A DNA stretch of 60,272 bases from Parcubacteria group bacterium GW2011_GWA2_36_10 (GTDB taxonomy: Bacteria > Patescibacteriota > Patescibacteriia > UBA1558 > GWA2-36-10), in assembly GCA_000991205.1 (NCBI GenBank), contig LBRC01000004.1, forward strand, positions 1 through 60,272, in the 5' to 3' direction. Every line of letters starts with the position of its first letter. The first letter of the stretch is position 1. The notes below the pieces were generated by a model, which had not been told where the DNA came from, did not search any database, and saw nothing but the letters and a program-made list of their open reading frames with translations. Both the position numbers and the translations under genes were made by a program. This document shows positions 10,252 through 19,088 of the stretch, one piece after another.

Positions 10252-11169
10252 ATGGACATAATATATTCTTTAAAGAAAAATATTTGGGCAGTGATTTTAT
10301 TGAGCATTGCCTTATCTTTTTGGTGGCCAAGTTTTGGCTTATTTTTACAGCCAAGCGCCATCTATCTTTTGATGCTTTTAATGCTGTTTTCCGTGCTAGA
10401 TATGAGCTACAGAAAAGTATTCAAAGAGCTAAAGCATGATTTTAGCAAAATAATTTTGAGTTTACTTATCGTTCATTTAGCCGGACCATTGATTATTTTA
10501 TTTTTTAAACCCTGGCTAGAGCCTAGTTTATTTTTAGGCTTGATTTTAGCGACTGCTATCAATGCGGGTATTAGTATTGTTTTTCTAGCTAAACTATACG
10601 GTGGTTCATCTAGCCAAAGCTTAGTGATAGCCGCTTTATCACAAATCTTAAGCCCGATCATCGTGCCGACAGTAGTCTTTATTTTTGCTAGTACTACTTT
10701 GCACATCGATCCCATGAGCATGGCTTTGACGATTGCTAAATTAGTTTTATTACCGATTGCTTTATCGATGTTAGTGCGACGCAGTAGTTTTTATCACGGC
10801 TTAGTCAAAATATCTTCCAGTGTTAATATTATTTTATTATTTTTATTAATCACCGCTATTATCGCGCCATTAAGACTATTGATTTTAAGTAACTTACAGC
10901 AAGCTGGCTGGCTAGCTTTATTAGTTGCTTTAGTATTAGTAGTAGATTTTTCTTTAGGATTTTTCTTGGGTAAAAACAGAAGCGAGCAAGTGACTTTTGG
11001 TATTTCAGCTAGCTATAAAAACTTTGTGCTAGCTAATGTCTTAGCTATGACTTTATTTGGGCCTTTAGTCGCACTTCCAGCTGCTATCTATGCAGTTTTA
11101 AGTAATTTGTTTTTAATTCCTTTACAATTTTTGTGTTGCCCTACCAGCCGCGAAGCGGGCAAAAAATAA
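10252..11169 (+). CDS. Polytopic membrane transporter, bile acid:Na+ symporter (BASS)/Acr3-like
   Basis: 305 aa with about 9-10 TM segments, resembling the BASS family by eye only. The C-terminal PTSREAGKK is encoded by a GC hairpin at 11147-11160. Confidence 0.45.
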   Translation: MDIIYSLKKNIWAVILLSIALSFWWPSFGLFLQPSAIYLLMLLMLFSVLDMSYRKVFKELKHDFSKIILSLLIVHLAGPLIILFFKPWLEPSLFLGLILATAINAGISIVFLAKLYGGSSSQSLVIAALSQILSPIIVPTVVFIFASTTLHIDPMSMALTIAKLVLLPIALSMLVRRSSFYHGLVKISSSVNIILLFLLITAIIAPLRLLILSNLQQAGWLALLVALVLVVDFSLGFFLGKNRSEQVTFGISASYKNFVLANVLAMTLFGPLVALPAAIYAVLSNLFLIPLQFLCCPTSREAGKK

Positions 11170-11170
11170 T

Positions 11171-11908
11171 ATGACCAATAAAGAATTAGATTTTTTAGTA
11201 AAATTAAAGCAAAAAAAGTATCGTCAAAGCGAAAACTTTTTTGTGGTAGAAAATCCAAAAGTTATTTTAGAGGAAAAAAATAATCCAAATTTAAGACAAG
11301 TTTATGTGACGGATAATTTTTTAAGCTCACAGGACAATAGCTTGCCCTTTAAATATCAAGTAATTTCTGAAAAAGAATTAAAGCAAGTGACAAATTCCGT
11401 CACGCCTCAAGGTATGCTAGCAGTTTTTAAGCTTCCGCAAGTCAAAGAGTTTGATTTTAAAGCTAAGGCTATTTTTATTTTAGATAATCTGCAAGATCCA
11501 GGAAATTTAGGCACGATTATCCGTACCGCTGATTGGTTTGGCTTTAAAGATTTATTTTTAGGAAAAAACTGTGTAGAAATATTTAATCCTAAAGTCGTTT
11601 CAGCTTCAATGGGATCTTTGTTTCATTTAAATTTTTATGCTAACTTAGACTTAGTAGATTTATTAAAAGATTTAAAGAAAAATAAATATCATGTTTTAGC
11701 GACTGACTTGCAAGGCAAAGAAAAATTTATTTTAGATACCGCTAAAAAAATGGCGGTCATTGTCGGTAATGAAGCTCAAGGAGTCAGTGAGGAGCTGAAA
11801 AATGAAGCCGATCAATTAATCAAATTACGTAGCTTTGGTCAAGCAGAATCTCTCAATGTCGCAGTGGCTACGGCTATTTTAATGCACGAATTTCACCCCG
11901 TTAGATAA
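11171..11908 (+). CDS. SpoU/TrmH-family RNA 2'-O-methyltransferase
   Basis: SPOUT motifs LDNLQDPGNLGTIIRTADWFG, VIVGNEAQGVS and SLNVAVATAILMHE. The last codons (HPVR-stop) lie in palindromic element 11894-11948. Confidence 0.85.
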   Translation: MTNKELDFLVKLKQKKYRQSENFFVVENPKVILEEKNNPNLRQVYVTDNFLSSQDNSLPFKYQVISEKELKQVTNSVTPQGMLAVFKLPQVKEFDFKAKAIFILDNLQDPGNLGTIIRTADWFGFKDLFLGKNCVEIFNPKVVSASMGSLFHLNFYANLDLVDLLKDLKKNKYHVLATDLQGKEKFILDTAKKMAVIVGNEAQGVSEELKNEADQLIKLRSFGQAESLNVAVATAILMHEFHPVR

Positions 11909-11948
11909 ATATTAAAAACAAATTTATGTTATTATTATCTAACGGGGT
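11894..11948. repeat. Palindromic element, copy 2 (CACCCCGTTAGATA ... TATCTAACGGGGT)
   Basis: Same arms as 2778-2829 with a different AT-rich loop. It again supplies the HPVR codons and the stop of the upstream gene, in the same frame. Confidence 0.8.
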
Positions 11949-11962
11949 TAAACGATAATTTT

Positions 11963-12160
11963 ATGTCAGAAAAAATTCCAGAAAATTTAGCACCAAATAA
12001 GCCCAGAGAAATACATCATGACGAAGAAACGCCATTTAAAACTTGCTCTTGGTGTGATGAAGAAAATGGCGTTCTACATACAGGTAATGTTAGCCATGGT
12101 ATGTGTCCAGCACATGCTGCTAAAGAAATAGAAGAGATGACTCGCGAGGCCAATCAGTAA
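11963..12160 (+). CDS. Small Cys/His-containing protein (possible zinc-binding), unknown function
   Basis: 65 aa with CSWC...H...CPAH spacing. It lies immediately upstream of dnaG. Confidence 0.4.
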   Translation: MSEKIPENLAPNKPREIHHDEETPFKTCSWCDEENGVLHTGNVSHGMCPAHAAKEIEEMTREANQ

Positions 12161-12197
12161 ATTGACTAAAAGAGCTAATTAAATTAAGATAGCCTTA

Positions 12198-13991
12198 ATG
12201 AACTTAAGCGAAGAAATCAAGGCTAGATTAGATATTGTGGAGGTGATTTCTGGCTACATTGCCTTAAATCCCACTGGAGACAATTATCGTGCTCGTTGTC
12301 CATTTCATAACGAAAAAACAGCGAGTTTTATGGTATCCAAGTCAAAGCAGATCTGGCACTGTTTTGGTTGTAATAAAGGCGGCGATTTGATTAAATTTGT
12401 CGAAGATTATGAAGGCTTGAGCTTTATCGAAGCCGCTAAAATTTTGGCTAGCAAAGCGAATATTAAGTTAGAGAATTTACCAGCTCATCATAGCTCAACT
12501 AAAGACTATAGTATATTGTATCAAATCAATGAACAAGCAGCGCAATTTTATGTAGAGAAATTGCAGGAGAAAAATCCAGTTACTGAAAAAGTTTTAGCCT
12601 ATTTAGCAAAAAGAAAAATTAGTTTGGATAGTCAAGTGAAATGGTCTTTAGGATTATCCGGTGAAACTTGGGATGAGCTATATTTATTTTTACAAAGTAA
12701 GGGATTTCGCGATCAAGATATTTTTCAAGCAGGCCTAAGTTTACAAAAAAAATCAGGGCAAGGTTTTGTGGATCGTTTTCGTAAACGCTTGATGTTTCCT
12801 TTATTAGACGCACAAGGAAAAGTAGTTGGCTTTACTTCTCGGACATTAAATAAAATTGCTTACGAAGAAGATGATTTTGGTGGCAAATATATCAACAGTC
12901 CACAAAGTCCGATTTATGATAAAAGCAAAATTTTATACGCTTTCGATAAAGCTAAAGAAGAAATCAGACGTCAGAAATATATTATTGTCGTGGAGGGAAA
13001 TATGGATGTCATCGCTGCCCATCAGGCGGGCACTATAAATTGCGTAGCCGTGTCAGGCACAGCGCTGACCGAGCAGCATTTGCATTTGATGAAACGCTAT
13101 ACTGATAATTTGATTTTATCTTTTGACGGTGACAATGCTGGCTCCAACGCTGCTTTACGTACCATCACTTTAGCTTGGGGCTTTGAGTTTAATACTAAGA
13201 TTTTAGTATTGCCAGCTGGCTCTGATCCAGCCGATGTAGTAAAAGTTGATCCAAAAGCATGGTTAAGCTTAGTACAAAAGTCAGTGGTAGCGATGGATTT
13301 TTATCTAAACAAAGTTTTAGCCGGCGTGGACTTGAATCGCGCTGATCATAAAAAAATTGCCGTAGCTAAACTTTTGCCTTTGATAAAATCTTTAAAAAGT
13401 AAAATTGAGCAATCACATTATTTGAAAATTTTAGCTGATCGTTTAAATTTGCCTTTAGAGATTTTACAGACTGATTTTTCTCATAGCAAAATAGCTGTCG
13501 AGGAAAGAGCTATGTCAAATAATACAACTGTAAATGCTAAAATAGTTAATAAAACCTTATCTTTAAGTGAGCAAGTTTTAGCTTTAGCTTTTGCCTATGA
13601 TAAATATTGGCAAAAACTGATTTCTGATTTAGAGCCAGAGGCTTTGGCCGAGGAGTGGCAAGATCTTTACAAAAATGCTATTATTTATTATACTAAGCAA
13701 CGATCTTTAAGTTTATTTCTAGATAATGGTGATTTGTCAGCCATACAAAGACAAGAGTTTATTCGTTTGACCATGTCAGCTAGTAAAGACTTTGTAGATT
13801 GGCAGACTAAAGAAGTAGACGATCATTGGTTCTCTTTGATTAGCAATTTGAAAAAACAGCATTTAATCAGTACAAGACAAAATTTATTTAGCAATTTGCG
13901 TCAAGTAGAGCTCCAGCAAGATAGCCTGGCTAGCGACCAAATTATCCATCAAATTAATTTATTAAATAAAGAGATAGATAAATTATTATAA
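12198..13991 (+). CDS. dnaG: DNA primase DnaG
   Basis: CHC2 zinc finger ([11 protein letters not shown]...WHCFGC) and TOPRIM ([16 protein letters not shown]). 597 aa. Confidence 0.92.
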   Translation: MNLSEEIKARLDIVEVISGYIALNPTGDNYRARCPFHNEKTASFMVSKSKQIWHCFGCNKGGDLIKFVEDYEGLSFIEAAKILASKANIKLENLPAHHSSTKDYSILYQINEQAAQFYVEKLQEKNPVTEKVLAYLAKRKISLDSQVKWSLGLSGETWDELYLFLQSKGFRDQDIFQAGLSLQKKSGQGFVDRFRKRLMFPLLDAQGKVVGFTSRTLNKIAYEEDDFGGKYINSPQSPIYDKSKILYAFDKAKEEIRRQKYIIVVEGNMDVIAAHQAGTINCVAVSGTALTEQHLHLMKRYTDNLILSFDGDNAGSNAALRTITLAWGFEFNTKILVLPAGSDPADVVKVDPKAWLSLVQKSVVAMDFYLNKVLAGVDLNRADHKKIAVAKLLPLIKSLKSKIEQSHYLKILADRLNLPLEILQTDFSHSKIAVEERAMSNNTTVNAKIVNKTLSLSEQVLALAFAYDKYWQKLISDLEPEALAEEWQDLYKNAIIYYTKQRSLSLFLDNGDLSAIQRQEFIRLTMSASKDFVDWQTKEVDDHWFSLISNLKKQHLISTRQNLFSNLRQVELQQDSLASDQIIHQINLLNKEIDKLL

Positions 13992-13996
13992 ATTTC

Positions 13997-15340
13997 ATGC
14001 CAAACAAAAAAACTGTCTCCGCCAGAGGCGGAAAAACTGACAGAGTAAAATTGAATAAAGGCAAAACATCGGCTTCTACCAAGAGTAGGGGGCGTAAAAG
14101 TTTAAGCATTAAGCTTAAAGTCAAAGATGCTAAAAAGCATCCAATGAGCATGAAAAAGTCCAAGTCTACTAGTCAGCTAAAAAAAAGCGCAAAAGCAGAC
14201 AAAAAAAAGATTAGTTTCAAACATACTAAAGCTTTAATCAAGGCGCCAAAGGCTTCTTTGGATTTTAACTTGGTAGAAAATTTATTAAACAAAGGACGCA
14301 TGCGTGGCTTCTTGACTGAAGATGAGCTCTTGCGCATTTTTTGTGATCTAGAAGACTATGTCGATAAATTTGAAGAGTTTATCGATCACCTAGAAGACTT
14401 AGCCGTCACCATAGTCCCAAGTGAAGGTGGCATTTTAGATCGTTCAAATCAAACACCAGGTGCTTTGTCCAAAGCTGGTGTGCAAAACGACGAAAAGCGT
14501 GGTGATTTGACGGATATTGCGGCTGACTCTATTCAGATGTATTTACGCGAGATCGGCAAAGTTTCTTTATTAAACTCGGAAGAAGAGGTAATGTATGCCA
14601 AGCGCAAAGAAAAAGGTGATTTAGAAGCTAAGAAAAGATTAGTAGAAGCTAACTTGCGTTTGGTAGTTTCTATCGCTAAAAAATTTACTGGACGTTCTTT
14701 ATCTTTACTGGACTTAATCCAAGAAGGCAATATTGGTTTATTTAGAGCGGTTGAAAAGTTTGATTATCGTAAAGGCTATAAGTTTTCTACTTATGCTACT
14801 TGGTGGATCAGACAGGCGATTACTCGCGCGCTCGCTGATCAGTCCAGAACTATTCGTATCCCAGTGCACATGGTCGAAACTATCAATCGTTTTAATCAAA
14901 TCGAAAGACGCTTAGTCCAAGATTTGGGTCGTGACCCATTGCCAGAAGAAATAGCCGCCGAAATGGGTGAAGACATTGATAAAGTGAGACAGATTATCAA
15001 AATCTCTCAAGAAACAGTTTCGCTAGAAGCCTCTGTCGGCGATGATGATGAAGATAGCACCTTGGGAGACTTTATCGAAGATGAAAAAACTATTACGCCA
15101 GACAGAGTCGCGGCTTTAAGACTTTTGTCTGATCATGTCAAAGCTATTATTTCTGACTTAACGCCTCGCGAACAAAAGATTTTAGAAATGCGTTTTGGTT
15201 TAGCTGATGGGGTAGCTCATACTTTAGAGGAAGTTGGTCAAGAGTTCGGTGTCACTCGTGAGCGTATTCGTCAGATCGAAGCCAAAGCTTTGGAGAAAAT
15301 CCAAAAGCATGAGCAAATGAGAAAATTACAAGATTACTGA
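13997..15340 (+). CDS. rpoD: Primary RNA polymerase sigma factor RpoD
   Basis: Region 2 ([31 protein letters not shown]) and region 4.2 ([24 protein letters not shown]). The basic Lys-rich N-terminal extension contains a GC hairpin at 14018-14032. Confidence 0.95.
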   Translation: MPNKKTVSARGGKTDRVKLNKGKTSASTKSRGRKSLSIKLKVKDAKKHPMSMKKSKSTSQLKKSAKADKKKISFKHTKALIKAPKASLDFNLVENLLNKGRMRGFLTEDELLRIFCDLEDYVDKFEEFIDHLEDLAVTIVPSEGGILDRSNQTPGALSKAGVQNDEKRGDLTDIAADSIQMYLREIGKVSLLNSEEEVMYAKRKEKGDLEAKKRLVEANLRLVVSIAKKFTGRSLSLLDLIQEGNIGLFRAVEKFDYRKGYKFSTYATWWIRQAITRALADQSRTIRIPVHMVETINRFNQIERRLVQDLGRDPLPEEIAAEMGEDIDKVRQIIKISQETVSLEASVGDDDEDSTLGDFIEDEKTITPDRVAALRLLSDHVKAIISDLTPREQKILEMRFGLADGVAHTLEEVGQEFGVTRERIRQIEAKALEKIQKHEQMRKLQDY

Positions 15341-15351
15341 TAGAGAGAAAA

Positions 15352-15376
15352 GGCCTCGCCAAAGCGAGGTCTTTTT
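15352..15376 (+). terminator. Rho-independent terminator after rpoD
   Basis: GGCCTCGC-CAAA-GCGAGGTC followed by TTTTT. Confidence 0.8.
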
Positions 15377-15414
15377 GTTATAATCACCCCAGGATAAACC
15401 TGGGGCAAAATTTT

Positions 15415-15879
15415 ATGTTTCTCACTAGTCACACAGCTGCCGCTATTTTGATCGCTACTAAAATACAAAATCCATATTTGGGTTTTCTTTTAGGTTTATT
15501 ATCACATTTTATTTTAGACATGATCCCTCACGGCAGAGAGTCAGAGTTATTTGATAAGAGAGCGGATCATCGACAGAGATTGATTAGATTAGCGCAATTA
15601 GGCATCATAGATGTATTTTTTGCCGGGTGTTTACTAGTCTCTAGTTTATATTTTTTAAAACCGGTGGATAATATAGTATTTTTTTCTACAGTTTTTGGTG
15701 CTATGTTACCAGATTTTCTTTTTTATATCACAGATTTTTTACAAATCAAATTTTTGTTTTGGTTTTCAAAATTTCATCATTACATCCATGACTTTTTGCA
15801 TATCAAATATGCTATGAAATATGGTTTTTTATTGCAAGCTATTTTTGTAGTTTTATGTCTTTATTTAGTTTTTAATTAA
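15415..15879 (+). CDS. Small membrane protein, DUF457/YdjM-like membrane-bound hydrolase family (tentative)
   Basis: 154 aa with 4 TM segments. His-rich motifs (SHTAAA, LSHFILDMIPHG) resemble the LexA-regulated YdjM family. Confidence 0.45.
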   Translation: MFLTSHTAAAILIATKIQNPYLGFLLGLLSHFILDMIPHGRESELFDKRADHRQRLIRLAQLGIIDVFFAGCLLVSSLYFLKPVDNIVFFSTVFGAMLPDFLFYITDFLQIKFLFWFSKFHHYIHDFLHIKYAMKYGFLLQAIFVVLCLYLVFN

Positions 15880-15880
15880 A

Positions 15881-17524
15881 ATGCTAAAAATTCTTAAATT
15901 AAAAAACTATCAATTTTTTGGCCTGTTAGTTTTTTTAGGCTTATTATTTTTTTCCGCCAGAGGCGGACCCGCCTCTGGCAGGGGCTGGTATTTTTTGTCT
16001 GATGATTGGCATTGGTTGTATTTAGCCAAAAACAGAGTTTGGTCTTGGGATATTTTCATGACAAATTATGAAGGTCTACAAGTTGGTGGCTCATATAATC
16101 CCTTGAGTTTTTTAGTCTTTAAAATATTTTATAACTTATTTCATTTAAAAGCTGGATTTTATCATCTTGTTAGTATCTTAGTTCACAGTCTTAATGCTTA
16201 TCTAGTTTTTATTTTGGTGAACAAAATTTTTGTTCAAGATGAAACTAAAAAATATTTAGCTTATTCTACAGCTATTTTATTTTTGCTTTGGCCGACGCAA
16301 ACAGAGATCGTCAATTGGTTGGCAGCTTGGCCACATTTATGGGCCAGTACTTTTTATTTATTAAGCTTTATTTATTATTTAAACTATCGCCAAAAAGATA
16401 AAGCTAAATTTTTAGGTTTATCGCTTTTGTTTTTTATTATTAGCCTAGGTTTCAAAGAAAATGCTTTGAGTTTGCCGATCCTTATTTTTTTATGGGAAGC
16501 TTATTTATTTTCTAAAAAAGCAGTAAAAAATTGGTCATGGGCTTTTAGTGCTTATTTATTGTTATTAGCAGCATTTTTATTTTTACGCCAGCTTATTACC
16601 GGAGCTTTATTTGGTTATTATGGCCAAAGCCAGCTAGATACTTCGTTGTTGGCTTATTTTGCTAATCTACTAGCTTTCTTAAGTTCGCAATTTACTTTTG
16701 GGGTGGTTAATATTTGGTTTTATAAATTTTATTATCATTATTTAGACTTACTTTTTATTTTTGGCGCTAGCTTTTTGAGCTTATATTTTTTCTTTACTTG
16801 GTATTATAAAAAATGGCAGCAGTTTACTTTAGTAGTTTCTGGAATGATAGTTTTATTACCGATGTTGCCATTGGGTTTGCACCATTTGAATTTTGCTGGT
16901 GAGAGGTATATGTATTTATCTTCAGCTTTTATAATTGTGTGGTTTCTAGTTTTGATATCAGAGAGTGGTTTGTCAGCCAAAAAAATGAGCTATTTATGCA
17001 TTATTTTGAGTGTAGTTATTTTATTTCCTTTAGAGATTAAAAATAATATTTGGCAGCAAGCCAATACTTTAAGTCGGCGGATTATTTCTAGCTACCAAGA
17101 TTTAAAATTAGCCCCTGATGTAAAATTAATTTCTGTTGGCTTGCCAGATAATTTAAGTGGCGCTGAAGTTTTTCGTAATAATTTACAGCAAGCTTTAGAG
17201 CTTAGCTATCCAAACTACAAGGGTGAAATCAAAACTTTACCTGCCTATTTATTTTTGAATACCAAAAATAAAAATGATCATTTATTAAAATGGCGTCAAG
17301 ATGCTTTGGGTTGGTTTGTTGAAAGTGTAGACGGACAATTTGTAGTGACTGGTCAGACTTCGATTATTAAAGACAATGTGTATTTTGAATTGTGGAATTA
17401 TAATTATCAAAACTATACAGCGAATTTAATGCGTCTGATGCCCGCAGAGGAGCTAAAACAGCAATTATTAAGAGGCGAAGTAAAATGGTTGACTTTTGAT
17501 AGGGGTAGATTAATTGTTTATTAG
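15881..17524 (+). CDS. Large polytopic membrane protein, PMT/ArnT-like glycosyltransferase (GT-C fold), tentative
   Basis: 547 aa with more than 10 TM segments followed by a soluble C-terminal domain. An in-frame 11-bp-stem palindrome at 15956-15979 encodes ARGGPASG. Confidence 0.5.
   Translation: MLKILKLKNYQFFGLLVFLGLLFFSARGGPASGRGWYFLSDDWHWLYLAKNRVWSWDIFMTNYEGLQVGGSYNPLSFLVFKIFYNLFHLKAGFYHLVSILVHSLNAYLVFILVNKIFVQDETKKYLAYSTAILFLLWPTQTEIVNWLAAWPHLWASTFYLLSFIYYLNYRQKDKAKFLGLSLLFFIISLGFKENALSLPILIFLWEAYLFSKKAVKNWSWAFSAYLLLLAAFLFLRQLITGALFGYYGQSQLDTSLLAYFANLLAFLSSQFTFGVVNIWFYKFYYHYLDLLFIFGASFLSLYFFFTWYYKKWQQFTLVVSGMIVLLPMLPLGLHHLNFAGERYMYLSSAFIIVWFLVLISESGLSAKKMSYLCIILSVVILFPLEIKNNIWQQANTLSRRIISSYQDLKLAPDVKLISVGLPDNLSGAEVFRNNLQQALELSYPNYKGEIKTLPAYLFLNTKNKNDHLLKWRQDALGWFVESVDGQFVVTGQTSIIKDNVYFELWNYNYQNYTANLMRLMPAEELKQQLLRGEVKWLTFDRGRLIVY
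15956..15979. repeat. Perfect GC palindrome inside a CDS (GCCAGAGGCGG-AC-CCGCCTCTGGC)
   Basis: 11-bp perfect stem with a 2-nt loop. The half-site CCGCCAGAGGCGG also occurs in rpoD at 14018-14032. Confidence 0.85.
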
Positions 17525-17590
17525 TTATTTGGGGTTGACTTTTTAGATTGTTTGTTGTAAAATCATCCTTGTTTATTGTATTTATTTTAG

Positions 17591-17675
17591 GCCGAAGTGG
17601 TGAAATTGGTAGACACGCACGACTCAAAATCGTGTGACGCGAGTCATGTGGGTTCGAGTCCCACCTTCGGTACCA
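17591..17675 (+). tRNA. tRNA-Leu (anticodon CAA), CCA encoded
   Basis: Acceptor GCCGAAG/CTTCGGT, anticodon arm CACGA-CTCAAAA-TCGTG, long variable arm, T-loop GGTTCGAGT. Confidence 0.9.
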
Positions 17676-17678
17676 GAA

Positions 17679-17755
17679 GGCAGGGTAGCTCAGTTGGTTA
17701 GAGCGTAGGACTCATAAGCCTGAGGTCGTGGGTTCGATCCCCACCCCTGCTACCA
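17679..17755 (+). tRNA. tRNA with CAU anticodon, elongator type (Met, or Ile2 if lysidine-modified), CCA encoded
   Basis: Acceptor GGCAGGG/CCCTGCT, D-stem GCTC/GAGC (Y11:R24), anticodon loop CTCATAA, T-arm GTGGG-TTCGATC-CCCAC. Confidence 0.85.
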
Positions 17756-17856
17756 TTCGACTACGTTCTGCTTTGCAGAACTTCGCTCATGGTCTTCGAC
17801 CGCTTTTGTTTACATAACAAATAAGTCGAATGTCCTGAGCGCAGCCGAAGGGCATT
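17756..17856. repeat. tRNA-trailer palindromic element, copy 1
   Basis: It starts right after the CCA with TTCGACT and carries the conserved block TTCGCTCATGGTCTTCGACC (17782-17801). CATTCGACT (17754-17762) pairs with AGTCGAATG (17824-17832). Confidence 0.75.
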
Positions 17857-17865
17857 TACTTTTAC

Positions 17866-17942
17866 GGGCCATTAGCTCAGTTGGCTAGAGCGCTTCCATG
17901 GCATGGAAGAGGTCAAGGGTTCAAGTCCCTTATGGTCCACCA
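17866..17942 (+). tRNA. tRNA-Ala (anticodon GGC), CCA encoded
   Basis: Acceptor GGGCCAT/ATGGTCC with the G3:U70 alanine identity pair, and anticodon arm CTTCC-ATGGCAT-GGAAG. Confidence 0.9.
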
Positions 17943-18022
17943 TTCGACTCGCTTTGCTCGCTCATGGTCTTCGACCAAAGTTGTTATAGCGAGGAGAGTG
18001 CTCTGAACGTAGTTGAAGGGCA
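17943..18022. repeat. tRNA-trailer palindromic element, copy 2 (degenerate)
   Basis: TTCGACT follows the CCA, with the conserved block TCGCTCATGGTCTTCGACC (17958-17976). The downstream CTGAACGTAGTTGAAGGGCAG is related to CTGAGCGCAGCCGAAGGGCAT of copy 1. Confidence 0.7.
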
Positions 18023-18046
18023 GACATCTAAAAAAGCTTGTCAAAG

Positions 18047-18075
18047 CGACATAGATTGTCTATACTGTGTTTAAG
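18047..18075 (+). promoter_or_regulatory. Candidate promoter for the downstream tRNA pair
   Basis: TTGTCA, 17-nt spacer, TATACT. The leader contains a perfect 20-nt palindrome CCTGCCTGCCGGCAGGCAGG (18098-18117). Confidence 0.5.
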
Positions 18076-18171
18076 CTTATTTTTATATCGTGAGATACCT
18101 GCCTGCCGGCAGGCAGGGAGCAGTTGAGCGATAGCTTTCTAAAGAGTTAAGGTTTATTATTTTTTACGCAT

Positions 18172-18247
18172 CGCGGGATAGAGCAGTTGGCAGCTCGCCA
18201 GGCCCATAACCTGGAGGTCGTCGGTTCGAGTCCGACTCCCGCTACCA
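18172..18247 (+). tRNA. tRNA-Met (anticodon CAU), initiator-like, CCA encoded
   Basis: 5' CGCGGGA and 3' TCCCGCT give an unpaired C1:U72. The D-stem GAGC/GCTC gives A11:U24. The anticodon arm is CCAGG-CCCATAA-CCTGG. Confidence 0.8.
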
Positions 18248-18362
18248 TTCGACTCATCGAGCTTCGCTCAATTCGCTCATGGTCTTTGACCAATAAATGA
18301 GTTTGTAATTTTTATTTTTAGTAAAGTCGAATGGTACCCCGAGTGTAATCGAGGGGTACCAT
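18248..18362. repeat. tRNA-trailer palindromic element, copy 3
   Basis: ACCATTCGACT (18244-18254, includes the tRNA CCA) is the exact reverse complement of AGTCGAATGGT (18325-18335). It carries the conserved block TTCGCTCATGGTCTTTGACC (18272-18291) and a terminal hairpin GGTACCCC...GGGGTACC (18333-18360). Confidence 0.8.
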
Positions 18363-18370
18363 TAGCCTAT

Positions 18371-18445
18371 TCCGGGATAGCTCAGTGGTAGAGCAGTTGA
18401 CTGTTAATCAATTGGTCGTGGGTTCGAATCCCCCTCCCGGAGCCA
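18371..18445 (+). tRNA. tRNA-Asn (anticodon GUU), CCA encoded
   Basis: Acceptor TCCGGGA/TCCCGGA, anticodon arm GTTGA-CTGTTAA-TCAAT, T-loop TTCGAAT. Confidence 0.88.
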
Positions 18446-18457
18446 ATTAAAAAATGG

Positions 18458-18480
18458 CAGCCCAAGGGCTGGCGTTTTTT
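18458..18480 (+). terminator. Terminator after the tRNA cluster
   Basis: CAGCCC-AA-GGGCTG stem followed by TTTTTT. Confidence 0.7.
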
Positions 18481-18570
18481 AATATAAATGAATTATGCTG
18501 TACTCTTTATATAAGTCAAAGTAAATATATAATAAAAAAATAGAGCAAAGAGCTCTATTTTTTGAAACTT

Positions 18571-18984
18571 CTATTGAACAATCAAATTACCCACCATACC
18601 CATTTCTCTGTGTTTGCCGACAGAACAATAGTATTCAAAAGTTCCTGTTTTGTCAGCTACAAATTCGATCGTTTCTTTAGCACCGTCTGCTAATTGTTTA
18701 GTACGAGCGTTAAATTCATCGATAACCAGATCGTGAAAACCACCACTGTTAGTCAAATTGATACGCACAGTGTCACCTTGATTGACTGTTATTTCTTTGG
18801 TTGAGAGGCTAAAGTTACTGCCACTGATTTCAAATTCTTTGATTTCTGTTTGAACATTTTGTTCCTCATTATTGATTATTTCTTCATTTTGTACTATTGG
18901 TTTTGGAGCTTTATTATTGTTTAGCCAATAATAGCCACCGATTAAGACCACTAGCACTATAACTAATATGATAAATTTCTTCAT
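18571..18984 (-). CDS. Membrane-anchored cupredoxin (blue-copper) domain protein
   Basis: 137 aa with an N-terminal TM anchor. The C-terminal ligand pattern GGFHD ... YYCSVGKHREMGM (His, Cys, His, Met) is typical of type-1 copper sites. Confidence 0.75.
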   Translation of the reverse strand: MKKFIILVIVLVVLIGGYYWLNNNKAPKPIVQNEEIINNEEQNVQTEIKEFEISGSNFSLSTKEITVNQGDTVRINLTNSGGFHDLVIDEFNARTKQLADGAKETIEFVADKTGTFEYYCSVGKHREMGMVGNLIVQ

Positions 18985-19088
18985 AAATTTTTTAATTTAA
19001 AACGTTTTTAATTAGTTTTTATATTATAATAGATAATTCTTAACTAATCAAGATGATTCGTGTTATACTATAAATAGTAAATAAATTT

